From: the human T2T-CHM13v2.0 reference genome, Homo sapiens
Reading direction: 5' to 3' (one strand)
Length of the DNA stretch: 64,000 nt
NCBI RefSeq assembly: GCF_009914755.1
Contig: NC_060935.1
The position numbers were made by a program, and so were the translations under genes. Numbering within the stretch: the first letter of the stretch is position 1; the number at the start of each line of letters is the position of its first letter. Below are positions 48,462 to 62,182 of this stretch, piece after piece. The notes beneath the pieces were generated by a model, which was not told where the DNA came from, made no database searches, and saw nothing but the letters and a program-made list of their open reading frames with translations.

Positions 48462-49498
48462 CTTTGTGGTTTTGTCTACTTTTGGTCTTTGATGATGGTG
48501 ATGTACAGATGGGTTTTTGGTGTGGATGTCCTTTCTGTTTGTTAGTTTTCCTTCTAACTGACAGGACCGTCAGCTGCAGGTCTGTTGGAGTTTGCTAGAG
48601 GTCCACTCCAGACCCTGTTTGCCTGGGTATCAGCAGCGGTGTTTGCAGAACAGCGGTTTTTCGTGAACCGCGAATGCTGCTGTCTGATCATTCCTCTGGA
48701 AGTTTTGTCTCAGAGGAGTACCCGGCCGTGTGAAGTGTCAGTCTGCCCCTACTGGGGGGTACCTCCCAGTTAGGCTGCTCAGGGGTCAGGGGTCACGGAC
48801 CCACTTGAGGAGGCAGTCTGCCGGTTCTCAGATCTCCAGCTGCGTGCTGGGAGAACCACTGCTCTCTTCAAAGCTGTCAGACAGGGACATTTAAGTCTGC
48901 AGAGGTTACTGCTGTCTTTTTGTTTGTCTGTGCCCTGCCCCCAGAGGTGGAGCCTACAGAGGCAGACAGGCCTCCTTGAGCTGTGGTGGGCTCCACCCAG
49001 TTCGAGCTTCCCGGCTGCTTTGTTTACCTAAGCAAGCCTGGGCAATGGCGGGTGCCCCTCCCCCAGCCCCGCTGCCGCCTTGCAGTTTAATCTCAGACTG
49101 CTGTGCTAGCAACCAGCGAGACTCCGTGGGCATAGGACCCTCCGAGCCATGTGCGGGATATAATCTCCTGGTGCGCCGTTTTTTAAGCCCGTCAGAAAGG
49201 CGCAGTATTCGGGTGGGAGTGACCCGATTTTCCAGGTGCTGTCTGTCACCCCTTTCTTTGACTAGGAAAGGGAACTCCTTGACCCCTTGTGCTTCCCGAG
49301 TGATGCAATGCCTCACCCTGCTTCGGCTCGCGCACGGTGCGCTGCATCCACTGACCTGCGCCCACTGTCTGGCACTCCCTAGTGAGATGAACCCGGTACC
49401 TCAGATGGAAATGCAGAAATCACCCGTCTTCTGCGTTGCTCAGGCTGGGAGCTGTAGACCGGAGCTGTTCCTATTTGGCCATCTTGGCTCCTCCCCTC
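48462..49498. promoter_or_regulatory. L1 5'UTR bidirectional promoter (sense promoter fires on -, antisense promoter on +); CpG-rich
   Basis: Complete 5'UTR with YY1 motif; the longest CpG-rich stretch of the window. Activity inferred from the family. Confidence 0.7.
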
Positions 49499-49506
49499 CA
49501 GGTTGA
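49045..49506 (+). CDS. L1 ORF0 homologue (antisense ORF of the 5'UTR), C-terminally extended to 153 aa; expression unproven
   Basis: GCAATGG Kozak context; MAGAPPPAPLPPCSLISDCCASNQRDSVGIGPSEP...RVGVTRFSR matches the ORF0 N-terminus; no stop until the TSD. Confidence 0.6.
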   Translation: MAGAPPPAPLPPCSLISDCCASNQRDSVGIGPSEPCAGYNLLVRRFLSPSERRSIRVGVTRFSRCCLSPLSLTRKGNSLTPCASRVMQCLTLLRLAHGALHPLTCAHCLALPSEMNPVPQMEMQKSPVFCVAQAGSCRPELFLFGHLGSSPPG

Positions 49507-51629
49507 TGTCTTAAATTGACTATTGTAGATATTGCTGCAATAAACATGGGAATGCAGATATCTGTTTGACATACTGATTTCAAATCTTTTGGATAAATGC
49601 CCAGAAGCAGGATTACTGGGTCACACAGGAATTCTATTTTCAGTGTTTTGAGAAACCTCCATATGGTTTTCTTCAATGGCTGTACTAATTTACTCTACCA
49701 CCAACAGTGTGCCAGGATTCCCTTTTCACCACATTCCTGCCAATGTTTGTTAACTGTCAGATGAGGATAATTACTTATCTCTTAGGATTAATGAGAATAT
49801 TTAGATGTTAATTCATGGTAACTGGCACATTTACCTGCTACATGCTGGTAATTACATAATGGTGGTGATTGTTTTATATAATCTCAGAAAAAGAGGCTGA
49901 GAAAATGAGAATAAAAGTCAAGTTAAAAGCATTATTAGATAACAGGATGTATGTGGGATAACCATAAATATAGTAATATAGAAACAGCAAGTTTTTTCAC
50001 TTTATACCCAGCCCAACATTAGTTAAGGTAGTATTAATTTTCATAATTGATCAGCAAACTACCTATGTAGTTTACAGGACCACATCTCATCCAGGATTTT
50101 AAAAGATGCATATGTATATTGAGCTGATAATATCTGCCTAAGTAAGGAACAATCAGATAATCTTCACTTCTTTGAAATCTCTTTAAAATTAATAACTACA
50201 GGGTATATTATACTATGTGGCTATTCCTCCTAGCAATTACTACCTCCTAGAACACTTCAAGTAGACAAAGGCAAAATGGATTAATAGTAACTTTTGATAG
50301 AATTTTGTCCTTATGAAATCAATAAATTCTATAGTAAAGAAATATTAGATGCTTCTAGATTATATCTCAAAGCATTTTTTTTTACTGTATTTATTTACCT
50401 AGATAGTCAATCCAGGTTCATATATATCACTGAAATTTCTTGTTCTGAATGCATGGTATAAAAGGAAATGCCTGATATTCATTTTCATGAAGACAAACAT
50501 GTTTTATTTTTAATGATAGAGTAAGTAAAAGTTTCAGACATTTTCAGAAAGTACAATTTCTAGATGTGTAGTTCAGAGTCTAGAACCTATTAATTAAGAT
50601 TTAAAAGCTATGTAGAGTATCAGTAAAGTAGCTGAGAAGTCCCATTAAGATTCCCAAGATTAATATAAGGAACAACAGCCTATATAGGAAGACGTCTAAA
50701 CCAAATAATTTTCAAAGAGCAATCATCTAATTTCTAATAATAAAGAGTGGACATGTGAAAATTGTCATTCTTCCTCTCTGCATAATTTTCACCATTTTTC
50801 TTTGTTATCAATTCTAGACATGTAATTCAAGTTTATGAATTGCATACTAGATGTTTGATGAAATTCACCTGGCCTAAAAGTAAATTTTAAAGAGATAGTT
50901 TTCTGCTGAAATCTCCATTTCTTCAGTTTTCTCCACAGAAAACTCTCTCTGCCAAGGGCCTTGATTCATATTCAAAGCTTCTCTGGAATATCTCTGTCTA
51001 CCAAGAAAGAATATCAACAAAATTTGATAGCCATTGAAATCAATGTGTTTGTGCTTTAATAACTCACAAAAAGGCTGAATAAATTATTTGTTTTTGAAGC
51101 ATTCTCTGGGTGAAATATAAAACATGAGATTATAAACTTTGAAAGCAATTTTGAGGAAAAGTTACAGGTTAACAAAATTTAGAAAGTGTCTGTCTAGTCA
51201 TTAAAATGATTAATAAACTAGTATGATAATTTTACATATAAATTTTTTAATTAATACCTACTGTTTTGAAGAGAGGTTTAGGAAGAGAGTTTAAAGAAGG
51301 AACAATATGAAATGTATGTAGAATATTAAATGGCTCATTTAAAAAATAAATATTAGGAAATAAAATCACATGTTGTTTTGTCTACTCTGGTACATTGACT
51401 AGATGTGTCTATTACTATAGATAGCACCCAAGGAATCATAAATTCCTTTAGATAGAGGGAACATTTAAAAATCATCTACTCAAAAATTCTTACTTTGCAC
51501 ACAGGGAATCTGAGATCAAACAGTAAGTGGCAAAGATAATGCAATAACTGTGACTCATGGATCATTAATCTCTCCTGGAGTAATTTTTAGATATTCTTAA
51601 GATAAGATAGTACACTTAAGTTTTCTAGG

Positions 51630-53500
51630 GGAAGTGGTTTTTCATTGTAGTTTTACTTGCTTTATCTGATAAATAATTAGGTTGAACATATTCTCATGAG
51701 CATTTTTGTATTTTGAATATAACCATTTTACATATAAATAAACCACTTTTCATTTATTCAATTATTTGACCAATTTTTAAAAAATGTGGTTGTTTGTATT
51801 TTTAATTTATTTACTACCTAAGTCTATTTAACTTTTCTTAATGGTTGTCTTCTTATTGTTGAGCTGTAAGTTTCATTTGTATGTTTTGGATTCGAGTCCT
51901 TTCACTGATGTACATTTTCTCTTGTTTATGACTTGGCTTTTCATTCTCTCTGTAGTGTCTATTGAAGAACAACATTTTATATATAATAAAATTATATTTA
52001 CATTTTTCTAATGTTTGGGGTTTTTGTCTATTTAAGAAATATTTGTCTATCTCAAAGTCACAGTAATTTTATTCTAGAAGATTTATGTTTGAGCTTTTAC
52101 ATTTAGGTCAATAATTCATTTCTAATTTTTGTTTGTGAATAGTGTGAGGAAAAGATCAAGGTTGATTTTATACATGCACACATGCATTACGTTTATATAT
52201 ATAATGGCTGATATATTATATATAAGATATATAACATATTTTATACATTGTGAAATATATATTTTATATGCATATTATATTATATACACATATAATGTGT
52301 GTGCATGTGCAAAATATATATTTTACATTATATATTTTATATATATAGTGGATATAATATATTCATTATATCAGTTGATATATCCATTATATAATGTAAA
52401 AATATATATGTATACATTATATAATGGATATATACATATATAATGTGTGTGCATGTGTAAAGTATGTCTAATATATATATTATATATATATAATATATGA
52501 TAAAATCTCCAATTGCTTTCTCACTATTTATTAAACTTAGTATTTTTAATGCATTGAATTACAGTTTGTCTTTCTCAACAATCAAATAACTATGTATGTT
52601 TTCAACTGACTATATATTTGGGTCAATTTCCAGATTCTGTCCTGATCCATTGTCATATATGTCTATGCTTATGCCAACAACACACTGCTATTAATATAGC
52701 TTTAGAGTTAGTCTTAAAATCAGATGGCATTAGTCCTACAGCTAGTGCTTTTCTAAAGATGTTGGAGACACATTTTAAAAATAGCTTGTCAAATTTACCA
52801 AAGTAATCCTGTGGGAATTACAGTCTGTTTGTATTTTATCTGTACATTCATTAATTTAGGGAGACCAGACATTATAAGAATATTAAATCTCGTGTTCAAC
52901 AGCAAAAATATTTTAATTCATAGACATTGTATATCTTTCTGTTTATTTAAAATTTTTGTTATTAGTCTTAGTAATGTTTTGTAATTTTCAACACAAATGT
53001 TTTTAACATTCTTCATTAAATTTTTTCCTAACAATTCTGAATGCATTTTTTCTCTTTTTTTCATACTCTTTTCTTTCTAGTATTCCAGTGTACATATGTT
53101 GAAGTGGTTAATATTATTGTAAGCATTTTTGAGGCCCTGTTCATGTTTCTTCAAACTTTTTTTCTCTTCACTGTTCTTCAGAATGAATCATTTCTATTAG
53201 TATCACGTCATATTTACTGGCCCTTTTTCTGCCATCTTCATTTTTTTAATGTGCATCCAATTTCATTTTTCTTTTTAGAATTTTCATTTGCTTTTAAAAA
53301 TAACATTGTGCAACTTTTATGTTAAGATTTCCTCTTTTGTCAAGAACACATTACCTATAAGTTCCTAATCCTATTTTTAATAGCTGCCTTAAAGTGTTTT
53401 TCTGCTATATTCAACATATAGACTATCTAGATATTGGTTATCATCATCTAGTCTTGTGTGTGACTTTGAATCATATATACATATATTAATAACTGGTGAG
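51630..53500 (-). mobile_element. Ancient L1M fragments with an embedded AT-rich low-complexity tract (~52170-52500)
   Basis: 'tcattgtagttttacttgc', 'cttattgttgagctgtaag', 'cttatgccaacaacacactg'. Confidence 0.6.
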
Positions 53501-53799
53501 ATTTTATGTTGCGATGGAGATTGTGGTTGATATATTACAGAGACTCTGTATTTTATCTCTTGAATATTTTTAATTGTTGTTCTAGAATGCTGTTAAAATA
53601 CTGGTAATCAACTTGATTTGTGTACGGTTTGTTTTATTCTTTGCCTATTGCCAGTACTTAAAAAGTTCAAGGTAGTACCCAAGCTCCTCTTATTTAATTG
53701 AGCTAAACCTCCAAAGATGTGTCCCCACCCCTCCCAAGTTCTGTCTAGGTTTGATTTAGATTTTTTTAAGGTAGGTTTGAAATAGGCCTTATTCTAGGG

Positions 53800-54012
53800 C
53801 AGGGATCAAAAAACATTTGCTGTAAGTGAACACACAGTAAATATTTTAGTCTGAGCAGACCATATGGTTAACTACTGAATTCCACCATTGTATCACAAAA
53901 GCAAGTAGACTATACTTAAACAAATAAAGGTGGTTGTGTTTTAATAAAATTTGCATACAAAATCAGTCAGTAAGCAAGATTTTGACTGTGGGCTGTAGTT
54001 TGCCAACAACTC
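53800..54012 (+). mobile_element. MER58A-like hAT fossil
   Basis: 'cagtaaatatttta', 'gtggttgtgttttaataaaatt', end 'gggctgtagtttgccaac'. Confidence 0.75.
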
Positions 54013-54583
54013 TTTAGTGCTTAGCTATTAATCTAAAGACTGCTGTTTTGATTGCCTGTGGTATTAAGAGTTTATGGGTGTCTCTGGAGCTCTACTATCC
54101 TTCTACGGTGCTTAACCTTGAGTTTTTCTCTTCTCCTCTCAGCCATGTAGAATTTGTTCTATTATTGCCCTTGTATAATTTATTACCCTGGTATGTGTAG
54201 ACCAACTCTCAGCCAAGGATGTACAGGAACACTCCTGTTACCCAAGCTGATTTTTGGGAGCCCCACCCCTGCTCACTTCATATTTCTCTGATGCCCTGTC
54301 CCGCATATTGTAGCCATTTAATCTGTTCTAAACTCTGCTTTCCGCTTCAATTGCTCAGTGCAACTACAGTGATCATCTTGGGCCATTGCTCTTCGCACCT
54401 TGGTTAAGAAATTGCCATCAGGCAGAAAGCTGGTGCAGTCATGGGGCTTACCTAGTCAGTTTCCTATATTTCAAGGTTCGTAGCCTGGCACAATTGGTTC
54501 ACAGTTGTTTATAGGAGGAGGGCTAGTCCAATATTGATTACCCTGTCATCTCTGACATGTCTAGAAGCAGATAATTTGAATCC

Positions 54584-54887
54584 TTTTTTTAAGTTATATT
54601 TTAGGTTTGAGAGTACATGTGAAGGTATGTTGCATAGGTAAACCCTTGTCCTGGTGGTTTGTTGTACATATTATTTTCTCACCCAGGTTTTAATCCCAGT
54701 ACCCAATAGTTATCTTTTCTGCTTCTCTCCCTCCTTTCTACTCCTCCTGCCCACTCAAGTAGACTCTAGTGTCTGTTGTTTCCTTCTTTGTGTTCCTATG
54801 TTCTTATCATTTAGCTCCCACTTATAAGTGAGAACATGGAGTATTTGGTTTTCTGTTCCTGTGTTAGTTTGCTAAGGATAATAGCCT
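54584..54887 (-). mobile_element. 5'-truncated L1 3' end (L1PA15/16-like)
   Basis: 'agtacccaatagttatcttttctg', 'catttagctcccacttataagtgagaacatg'. Confidence 0.85.
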
Positions 54888-56509
54888 TATCCTTCTTTAA
54901 ATATCAAGAAATATAAATATCTAACTAGAATTTAAGAAAAAATATTTCTTCACATTAACTGAAAATGCAGGGTTCATTGATTTCAGGCATGGTTTGAATG
55001 AGTTTTTCATGTCACCAAAGCCTGCTGTATATTTATTTCTTATTTTTTATGTTTTATTTTATTCTATAGGACAGTATAGCTGTTCTCTTTTATCCCAGCA
55101 ACAATGTATATTTGAGTTTAGGCCTAAACATCTTCATATTACTCTGCAAAGAGAAATAATATACTGTATCTTCCCTTAGATGAAGAAGAGACAGCTTTTA
55201 TTCCAGAAAACATCAGTAAATATCTTCTAGTTTCTGCATAAAGTCATTTAAGTGCCTAAATCAATTTTCAATTATTTAACTAGAGAGTTAAGAGATAGAG
55301 TGATTGCTTTAAGAAATTACGTCTCCATCTTTGCAACTGAGCATTGAGATCTCACCTAGCATGTATGGCTACAAAAGAATGTGAGGCAGAATGGATGAGA
55401 AAGAGTGGAGTTATTACTCACATTTTAGGAGGCCAGTCCATCTCATGACTTGTTCATCTGGTTTTCTGAGTTTTGGTGGGAACACACACATGCGCGCGCA
55501 CACACACACGCATACACTTTCTCTTTCTTGAGGAATTCTAGGAATTATCTTAGGAATTAAGATGAACCATGCATTTGTACTTTATGTTCTTAGAGCCTTA
55601 AAAATGGTTTACCGAGCTGAATTATAAAATCTGTTAGAATTTTATTTTAGAAACTACTACTTGGAAAACTCCTGCATCTTCTGTGTCTCTGGTAGGTTTA
55701 CTATCTTTGATAATGAGAATTTTGGAGCCAACAGCATTACTTTTTACAAGCAGCTACTAGAGGTCTTGGAACAAAATTTTCAGCTCAGCCAAGACAAATA
55801 AGTTTTAAGGCTCCACTATCAGTGCTTTTTTTCTGCTGTTGCATCCCCTACCCTACCTTTATATCACATTCATGCAGCATATTATCATATATTTTTTCCA
55901 TAAACCTGATATGTCTTTAAGATTTTATTACTTTTAATGTGAAATTGTCTCACATCCTTTTCAGAGGAAAGTAAGGTATAGTTTTATATTCTATAAACCT
56001 CAGTGAAATTTATCAGAGAAATTAAAATAAAGACAACTGGATAGTTTTACCTAGAGGGAAAGGGGTGAAGGGAGAATTTTTAAAAATTGTATCAAAGAGT
56101 TATTTCAGAATCATTGAATTACAAATCTAACGTATGACTGATGAGTCAGAACTTCGCAAATTTAGCTAGTTGCCAAAATTTTATAAAATTATTCACTGAA
56201 ATTTCAATAAAATGTAATAATCTAGCCTCACATCCTTTTTCTTTTCTGCTTCATCCAACACAGTTATACCTTCATGTTTCCTAGAAGAAAACAGAGTTTG
56301 TGCACAGAACACGCTACTGGTGCTATCCTTTAGAATCTAGCTCTACTTAAGGTCCATTCTGAGAAAAAATAACAAGTAACACCTCCTTGGAGCACTACAC
56401 TTAGAGTGAGCCAGAAACAAAACCAAGCTCCAGCTTTTTATGGTCTGTAAAAATTTGAAGTTCTACATTTTTGTAATTGTTAATAAAGTGTATTAAGAAT
56501 TTACATTAA

Positions 56510-57235
56510 GAATGTGGTACATATACACCACGGAATAGTAGGCAGCCATATAAAGAATGAAATTATGTCCTTTGCAGCAACATGGATGAAGATGGAGGCC
56601 ATAATCCTAAGCACATTAATACAGGAACAGAAAACTAAATGCTACATATTCTCACTTATAAGTAGGAGATAAGCATGGAGTGCACATAGACATAAATATG
56701 GGAACAATGGACACTGTTGTCTACTAGAGCAATTATCCTCAACCTTTGTGGCACCAGTGACCAGTTTCATGGAAGACCATTTTTCCACGTACCTGAGATG
56801 GGGTCGGGGAGGGGTTTCATGATTATTCAAGTGCATTATATTTGTCATTAGATTCTCATAAAGAGCATGCAGCCCAGATCCCTTACATGCGTAGTTCACA
56901 ATAGGGTTCATGCCCCTATGAAAATCTAATGCTGCTGCTGACCTGGCAGGAGGTGAAGTTCAGCTTTGCTCACTTGCCAGCTGCTTACCTCCTGCTGTGC
57001 TGCCCAGTTCCTAACAAACCACAGAGCAGTACCAGTCTGTGGCATAGGGGCTGGGGACCACTGTACTAGAGGGTGGAGGGAGGAGGTTAGGTTGAAAAAC
57101 TACCTACTGGGTAGGATAGTCACTATTAGCATGATGGGATCTATATTGCAAACCTCAGCATCATGCAATATCCGCATTTAACAAATCTGCACACGTACGC
57201 CCTGTATCTAAAATAGAAGTTTTAAAAAAAAATTA
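56510..57235 (+). mobile_element. 5'-truncated L1 3' end (old L1PA/L1PB-like), split by MER1B
   Basis: 'atgtggtacatatacacc...atgtcctttgcagcaacatggatg' and 'aacaaatctgcacacgtac...tctaaaatagaagtt'. Confidence 0.85.
56730..57063 (+). mobile_element. MER1B (hAT-Charlie)
   Basis: 'caacctttgtggcaccagtgaccagtttcatggaagac...ggggaccactg'; perfect 8-bp TSD TACTAGAG at 56722-56729 and 57064-57071. Confidence 0.92.
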
Positions 57236-57439
57236 TAAAAAATAATTATGGCTACTCTGTATGATTTAATCCAGTACCTAATCCTTTCCAAACTGGAATC
57301 AAAGTATTACAACATGGGATGGTATCTGCAAGTCCTTTTATTACTTTTTCTTATTCTTTTTGTCAACTCTGGTTTCCCAAGATCTCTTGGCTGGATTTTT
57401 ACCAGGTAAAAAAAGGTAAATCATTAAAACCCTGGGCAT

Positions 57440-57747
57440 GGCCAGGTGCAGTGGCTCATGCTTGTAATCCCAGCTCTTTGGGAGGCTGAGGCAGGCAGAT
57501 CATCTGAGGTCAGAAGATCGAGACCAGCATGGCCACCATGGCAAGATCCTGTTTTTACTAAAACAGTACAAAAATTAGCTGGGTGTGGTGGCATGCACCT
57601 ACAATGCCAACTACTTAAGAGGCTGAGGCACAAGAATAACTTGAACCCAGGAGGTGGAGTTGCAGTGAGCCGGGATCATGCTACTGCACTCCAGCCTGGG
57701 TGACAGCGGAGTGAGACTCCGAAAAAAAAAAAAAAAAAAAAAAAAAA
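57440..57747 (+). mobile_element. AluS, diverged
   Basis: Full dimer with A26 tail; imperfect TSD ending 'tgggcat'. Confidence 0.93.
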
Positions 57748-57904
57748 CACTTGGGCATGAATGACAATAAAATTTTCAAAGGCAAATTTGCTATTTTTGT
57801 TGGAATTTATTCTTCCTGCCCTGATACAAGCTTCCTGAATTGTTATTGATTGCCTTTATGATGAATTTATGACAAGTAATATAAACTGTATTACTTATCA
57901 TATA

Positions 57905-58125
57905 GTCATATATTACTATTGAACTGGTACTACTCTAAGTATTTTACAGATATTGACTAATTTAATTCTCCCAACAAGCCTATAAGTTAAGTACTATTAT
58001 TCATCTTTAAAGAAGAGGAAACTGAAGCATGGGGAGATTAAATATTTAAGTAGTAAAAATTAATAAGGGGTAAAAACTAGTACTCCAATTTCAATGTGAA
58101 CTCCAGTGTTCATCTCCTACCATAT
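57905..58125 (-). mobile_element. MIR
   Basis: 'tttaattctcccaacaagcctata...gtactattatt...agaggaaactgaagcat'. Confidence 0.7.
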
Positions 58126-58169
58126 TTGTTTTGCTGTCTCTCTATAGTGAAAGACAACAATGTTGTCCT

Positions 58170-60074
58170 TCTATTTTTGAGTATGTTCCTTCAATACCTA
58201 ATTTATTGAACATGAAGGGATGCTGAGTTATATCAAAGGCCTTTTTCTGTGTCTATTGAGATAATCATGTGGGTTTTTTTTCTTTAGTTCTGTTTATGTG
58301 ATGAATTTACATTTACTGATTTGTGTATGTTGAACCAGCCTTGGATCCTGGATGTAAAGCCAACTTGATTGTGGTGGATAACCTTTTTGATGTGCTGCTG
58401 GATTCGGTTTGCCAGTATTTTATTGAGGGTTTTTTCATTAATGTTCATCAGGGATATTTGTCTGAAGTTTTCTTTTTTTGTTGTATGTCTGCCACGTTTT
58501 GGTGTCAGAATGATGCTGACCTCATAAAATGCATTGGGGAGGAGTCCTTCCTTTTCAACTGTTTGTGATAGTTTTAGTAGAAATAGTACCAGCTCTTCTT
58601 TGTACCTCTGGTAGAATTCACCTGTAAATCCGTCTGGTCCTGGGTTTTTTTTTTTTTTTTTTTAAATTTTTGGTTGGTAGGCTATTTCTTACTGCCTCAA
58701 TTTTAGAACTCATTATTGGACTATTTATGGATTCAGTTTCTTCCTGGTTCAGTCTTGGGAGGGTGTTTGTTTCCAGGAACTTATTCATTTCTTCTGAATT
58801 TTCTAGTTTATGTGCATAGAGGTGTTTATAGTATTCTCTGATTTTTTTGTATTCCTGTGGAAGTCAGTGATGGTATCTCCATGATCCCATTTCTATTGTG
58901 TCTTCTCTCTTTTCTTCTTTATTAGTCTAGCTAGTATTCTATATATTTATTAGTTGTTTTTTTTTTTTTTTTTCAAAAAAACAGCTCCTGGGTTCATTGA
59001 TTTTTTGAAGGTTATTTTGTGTCTCTAGCTCCTTCAGTTCAGCTTTGATCTTGTTATTTCTTGTCTTTTGCTAGCTTTGGGGTTTGTTTGCTCTTGGTCC
59101 TCTAGTTCTTTAAGTTGTGTTGTCACGTTGTTAATCTGAGATTCTTCTACTTTTTTTGACGTGGGCTTTTGGTGCTATAAATTTCCTTCTTAACATTGCT
59201 ATAGCTGCATCCCAGAGATTTTGGTACATTGTCTCATTAGTTTTAAATAACTTCTTCATTTTTGTCTTAATTTCATTATTTAGCCAGAAGTCATTCAGCA
59301 GCAGGTTGTACAATTTCTATGTAGTTTTGTGGTTTTGAGTGAATTTCTTAGTCTTGAGTTCTGATTTGATTGTGCTGTGGTCTGGGAGATTGTTTGTTAT
59401 GATTTTTAGTTATTTTGCATTTACCGAGGAGTGTTTTACTTCCACTTATGTGATCAATTTTAGAGTAAGTGCCATACAGCAATGAGAACAATGTATATTC
59501 TGTTGTTTTTTAATGGAGAGTTCTGTAGATATCTATCAGCTCTGCTTGATCCAGAGCTGAGTTCAGTTCCTAATTATCTTTGTTAATTTTCTGTCTTGGT
59601 GATGTGTCTAATATTGTCAGTGGGGTGTTAATGTCTCCCACTATTATTGTGTGGGAGTATAAGTCTCTTTGTAGGTCTCTAAGAACTTACTTTAATAATC
59701 TGGGTGCTCCTGTATTGGGTGCATATATATTTAGAATAGTTAGCTCTTCTTGTGGAATTGAAACTTTTACCATTATGTAATGCCCTTCTTTATCTTTTTT
59801 GGTCTTTGTTGGTTTAATGTCTGTTTTGTCAGAAATTAGGATTGCAACCTCTGCTTTTTTGTGTTTTTCATTTGCTTGGTAAATTTTCCTCCATCCATTT
59901 ATTTTGAACCTATGTGTGTCTTTGCACATGAGATGGGTCTCTTGAAGACAGCATATGGATGGGTCTTGTCTCTTTATCAACGTTGCCATTGTGTTTCTTT
60001 TAATTGGGGCATTTAGCCCATTTACATTTAAGATTAATATTATTATATGTGAATTTGATTCTGTCATGATGCTG
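58170..60074 (-). mobile_element. Internal L1PA ORF2 fragment (EN to start of RT) with no 3'UTR or poly(A)
   Basis: ORF 59687-60067 (MTESNSHIIILILNVNGLNAPIKR...); collinear with ~45480-47370 but more diverged. Confidence 0.9.
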
Positions 60075-61477
60075 AAACTAGCATTTTCTTACACACACAT
60101 TAAAAAGGGAATTTTTGCATAAATAGTTCTATGTATTTATGACAGATAATCTTTCTACCAATAAAATGAAATACATGTGATTTAAATATAATTTATAAAT
60201 TCTTGTTTCTTTCAGCCTCTGAATTTGGGTTTCTGTTTCACAAGAGAAGCAAATTAACCCATATAGATATGGCTTATCAGGAATACTGTTGTGATTAAAT
60301 AAATTTTACCAGATATCTAAACGATAAGAAGAAAATTATGTTTGGAATTTTAAAGACCTTACAATATAGATAAACTTAGCACTTTCGAGGTAAAATAAGG
60401 CCAGTATATCCAAAGCATATTGAGCAAGGGGCAAGTGGTAGGAAAGAAAGATTGAGAAGGAGAAAATAATGTTGTGCATTATTTATTATGGTAAAACATA
60501 TGATTTTTAAATCAATGAATAAATAGGGAAAATGTGCATATGTGAGTTGCCTGGGGGTCAGTGATCTTGGCTGGGCTGAAGTATGACTCTAGAGATCCAC
60601 CAGCTTGCTTATCCACCAGCAGTTTGACTGTAAGCTGGGTTTATTGTAAATATTTAAAATATTAATATGTTGATTAATATAACCTCTCACATGCTCTATT
60701 CTGTTTTCTAGCTTCACTTTCTTGATAGCAACTGTCACTATCTGATTTTATATATGTATATTCTGTCTCTTTTTAAAGAGAAGGATTTCTTTTTCTTCAT
60801 TATTCTACAATTAGTTCAGAGAATGGTTTTTGATTTATATTAAAAGATGAGTAATATTTGCTGAATTATAAAATTATTGAATGAATGTTGACACCTAATA
60901 AAATGGCAGCTTTCCTATAGAAAATTAAATGCATTTTATTATTCTTGCTCTCAGCAGATACCACAATCAACTGGAAGATGTAAACAATTTAAGAATATAA
61001 GTTTGTAGATTATTTAGAGAAAGTATTTGTTGTTGCTGTTGTTGTTGTGGTTGTTGTTTTAAGTCATCTTGGCAATTCTCATGGCCCAGCACAGTGCCTG
61101 GCATAGTGAAGAACACAGAGATTAATCAAAGGATGAATGGATAAATGGAACAATAATGGAATAAAGCAAAGTGGTGCAAATGCTATATGTATACAGATAA
61201 TGGAACTTCCAACTCTTCACATTCCTAATTTGAACCTGGCTATTATGGTGTAGAATAAGTATTGCCATCTCTAGTTTAGAAAAGTCAAGGGCTTTGCCCA
61301 ATATCACATAGCTGGGAAGGGGTGGAGGCAGGATTTGAATATATGAATTCCAAATCTGAAGGTACTGCTTTTTTATTCTAGTAGCACAATAATGATACTT
61401 GTAATGGTATAGAGGTATGGTAGGATAGAGAAGTGTATGGGATTAAAGCACAACAACAAAAATAGAGTACATATTAG

Positions 61478-61862
61478 TACATTTGTCTGCTTGGGCTGTC
61501 ATAACAAAATACCATCGACTAGTGTAAAAATAAAAATCTATTATCTCTCAGTTCTGGATGCTAGAAGTCCCAGAGTAAGGTGTCCATATATTTAGTTTCT
61601 GGCGAAGGCTCTTCCTGGCTTGTAGTCAGTACCTTCTCTGTCTGCCCTCACTTGGCCTATCCACCTGTGAACACAAATAAATATCTCTGTTGTTTTTTTC
61701 CTCTCCTTACGTGAACATGTGTCCTATGGAATTAGGGCCTCACTCTTGTGACTTCATTTAATTTTAATTACCCCCAAAGTGCTCTGTCTCCAAATACAGT
61801 GACAATAATGAGTTAGGCCTTCAACGTATAAATTTTGGGGGCATAAAATTCAGTCTATATCA
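61478..61862 (-). mobile_element. MLT1A-like MaLR LTR
   Basis: 'gggctgtcataacaaaatacc', 'cagttctggatgctagaagtcc', 'tctccaaatacagt', 'aattcagtctata'. Confidence 0.85.
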
Positions 61863-62182
61863 ACTAGAAATATAAGTGATGGATCTAAATCACAGGTATT
61901 CCTAGGGACTTGAGTTGGGTCCTTGAAATTAGATGTTTTGGTCTAGTGAAGCATTTAGTGCATATTCATCCAGAACTACCATTTTCTGCATATTAAATAT
62001 TCTGCACATCAAATTATCATGATATATAGTATTTTTAAACTGAATTCTAAATGAATCTTACAGGACACTTTTTTTTTTTTCTTTTCTCTCTTTTTACAAT
62101 TCTTTGGCAATATATGACAGATGCTTAAAGTACAGAGGGAAATTGCAGAATTTATCTAGAAGATTTATCTCTTATTTTACAG

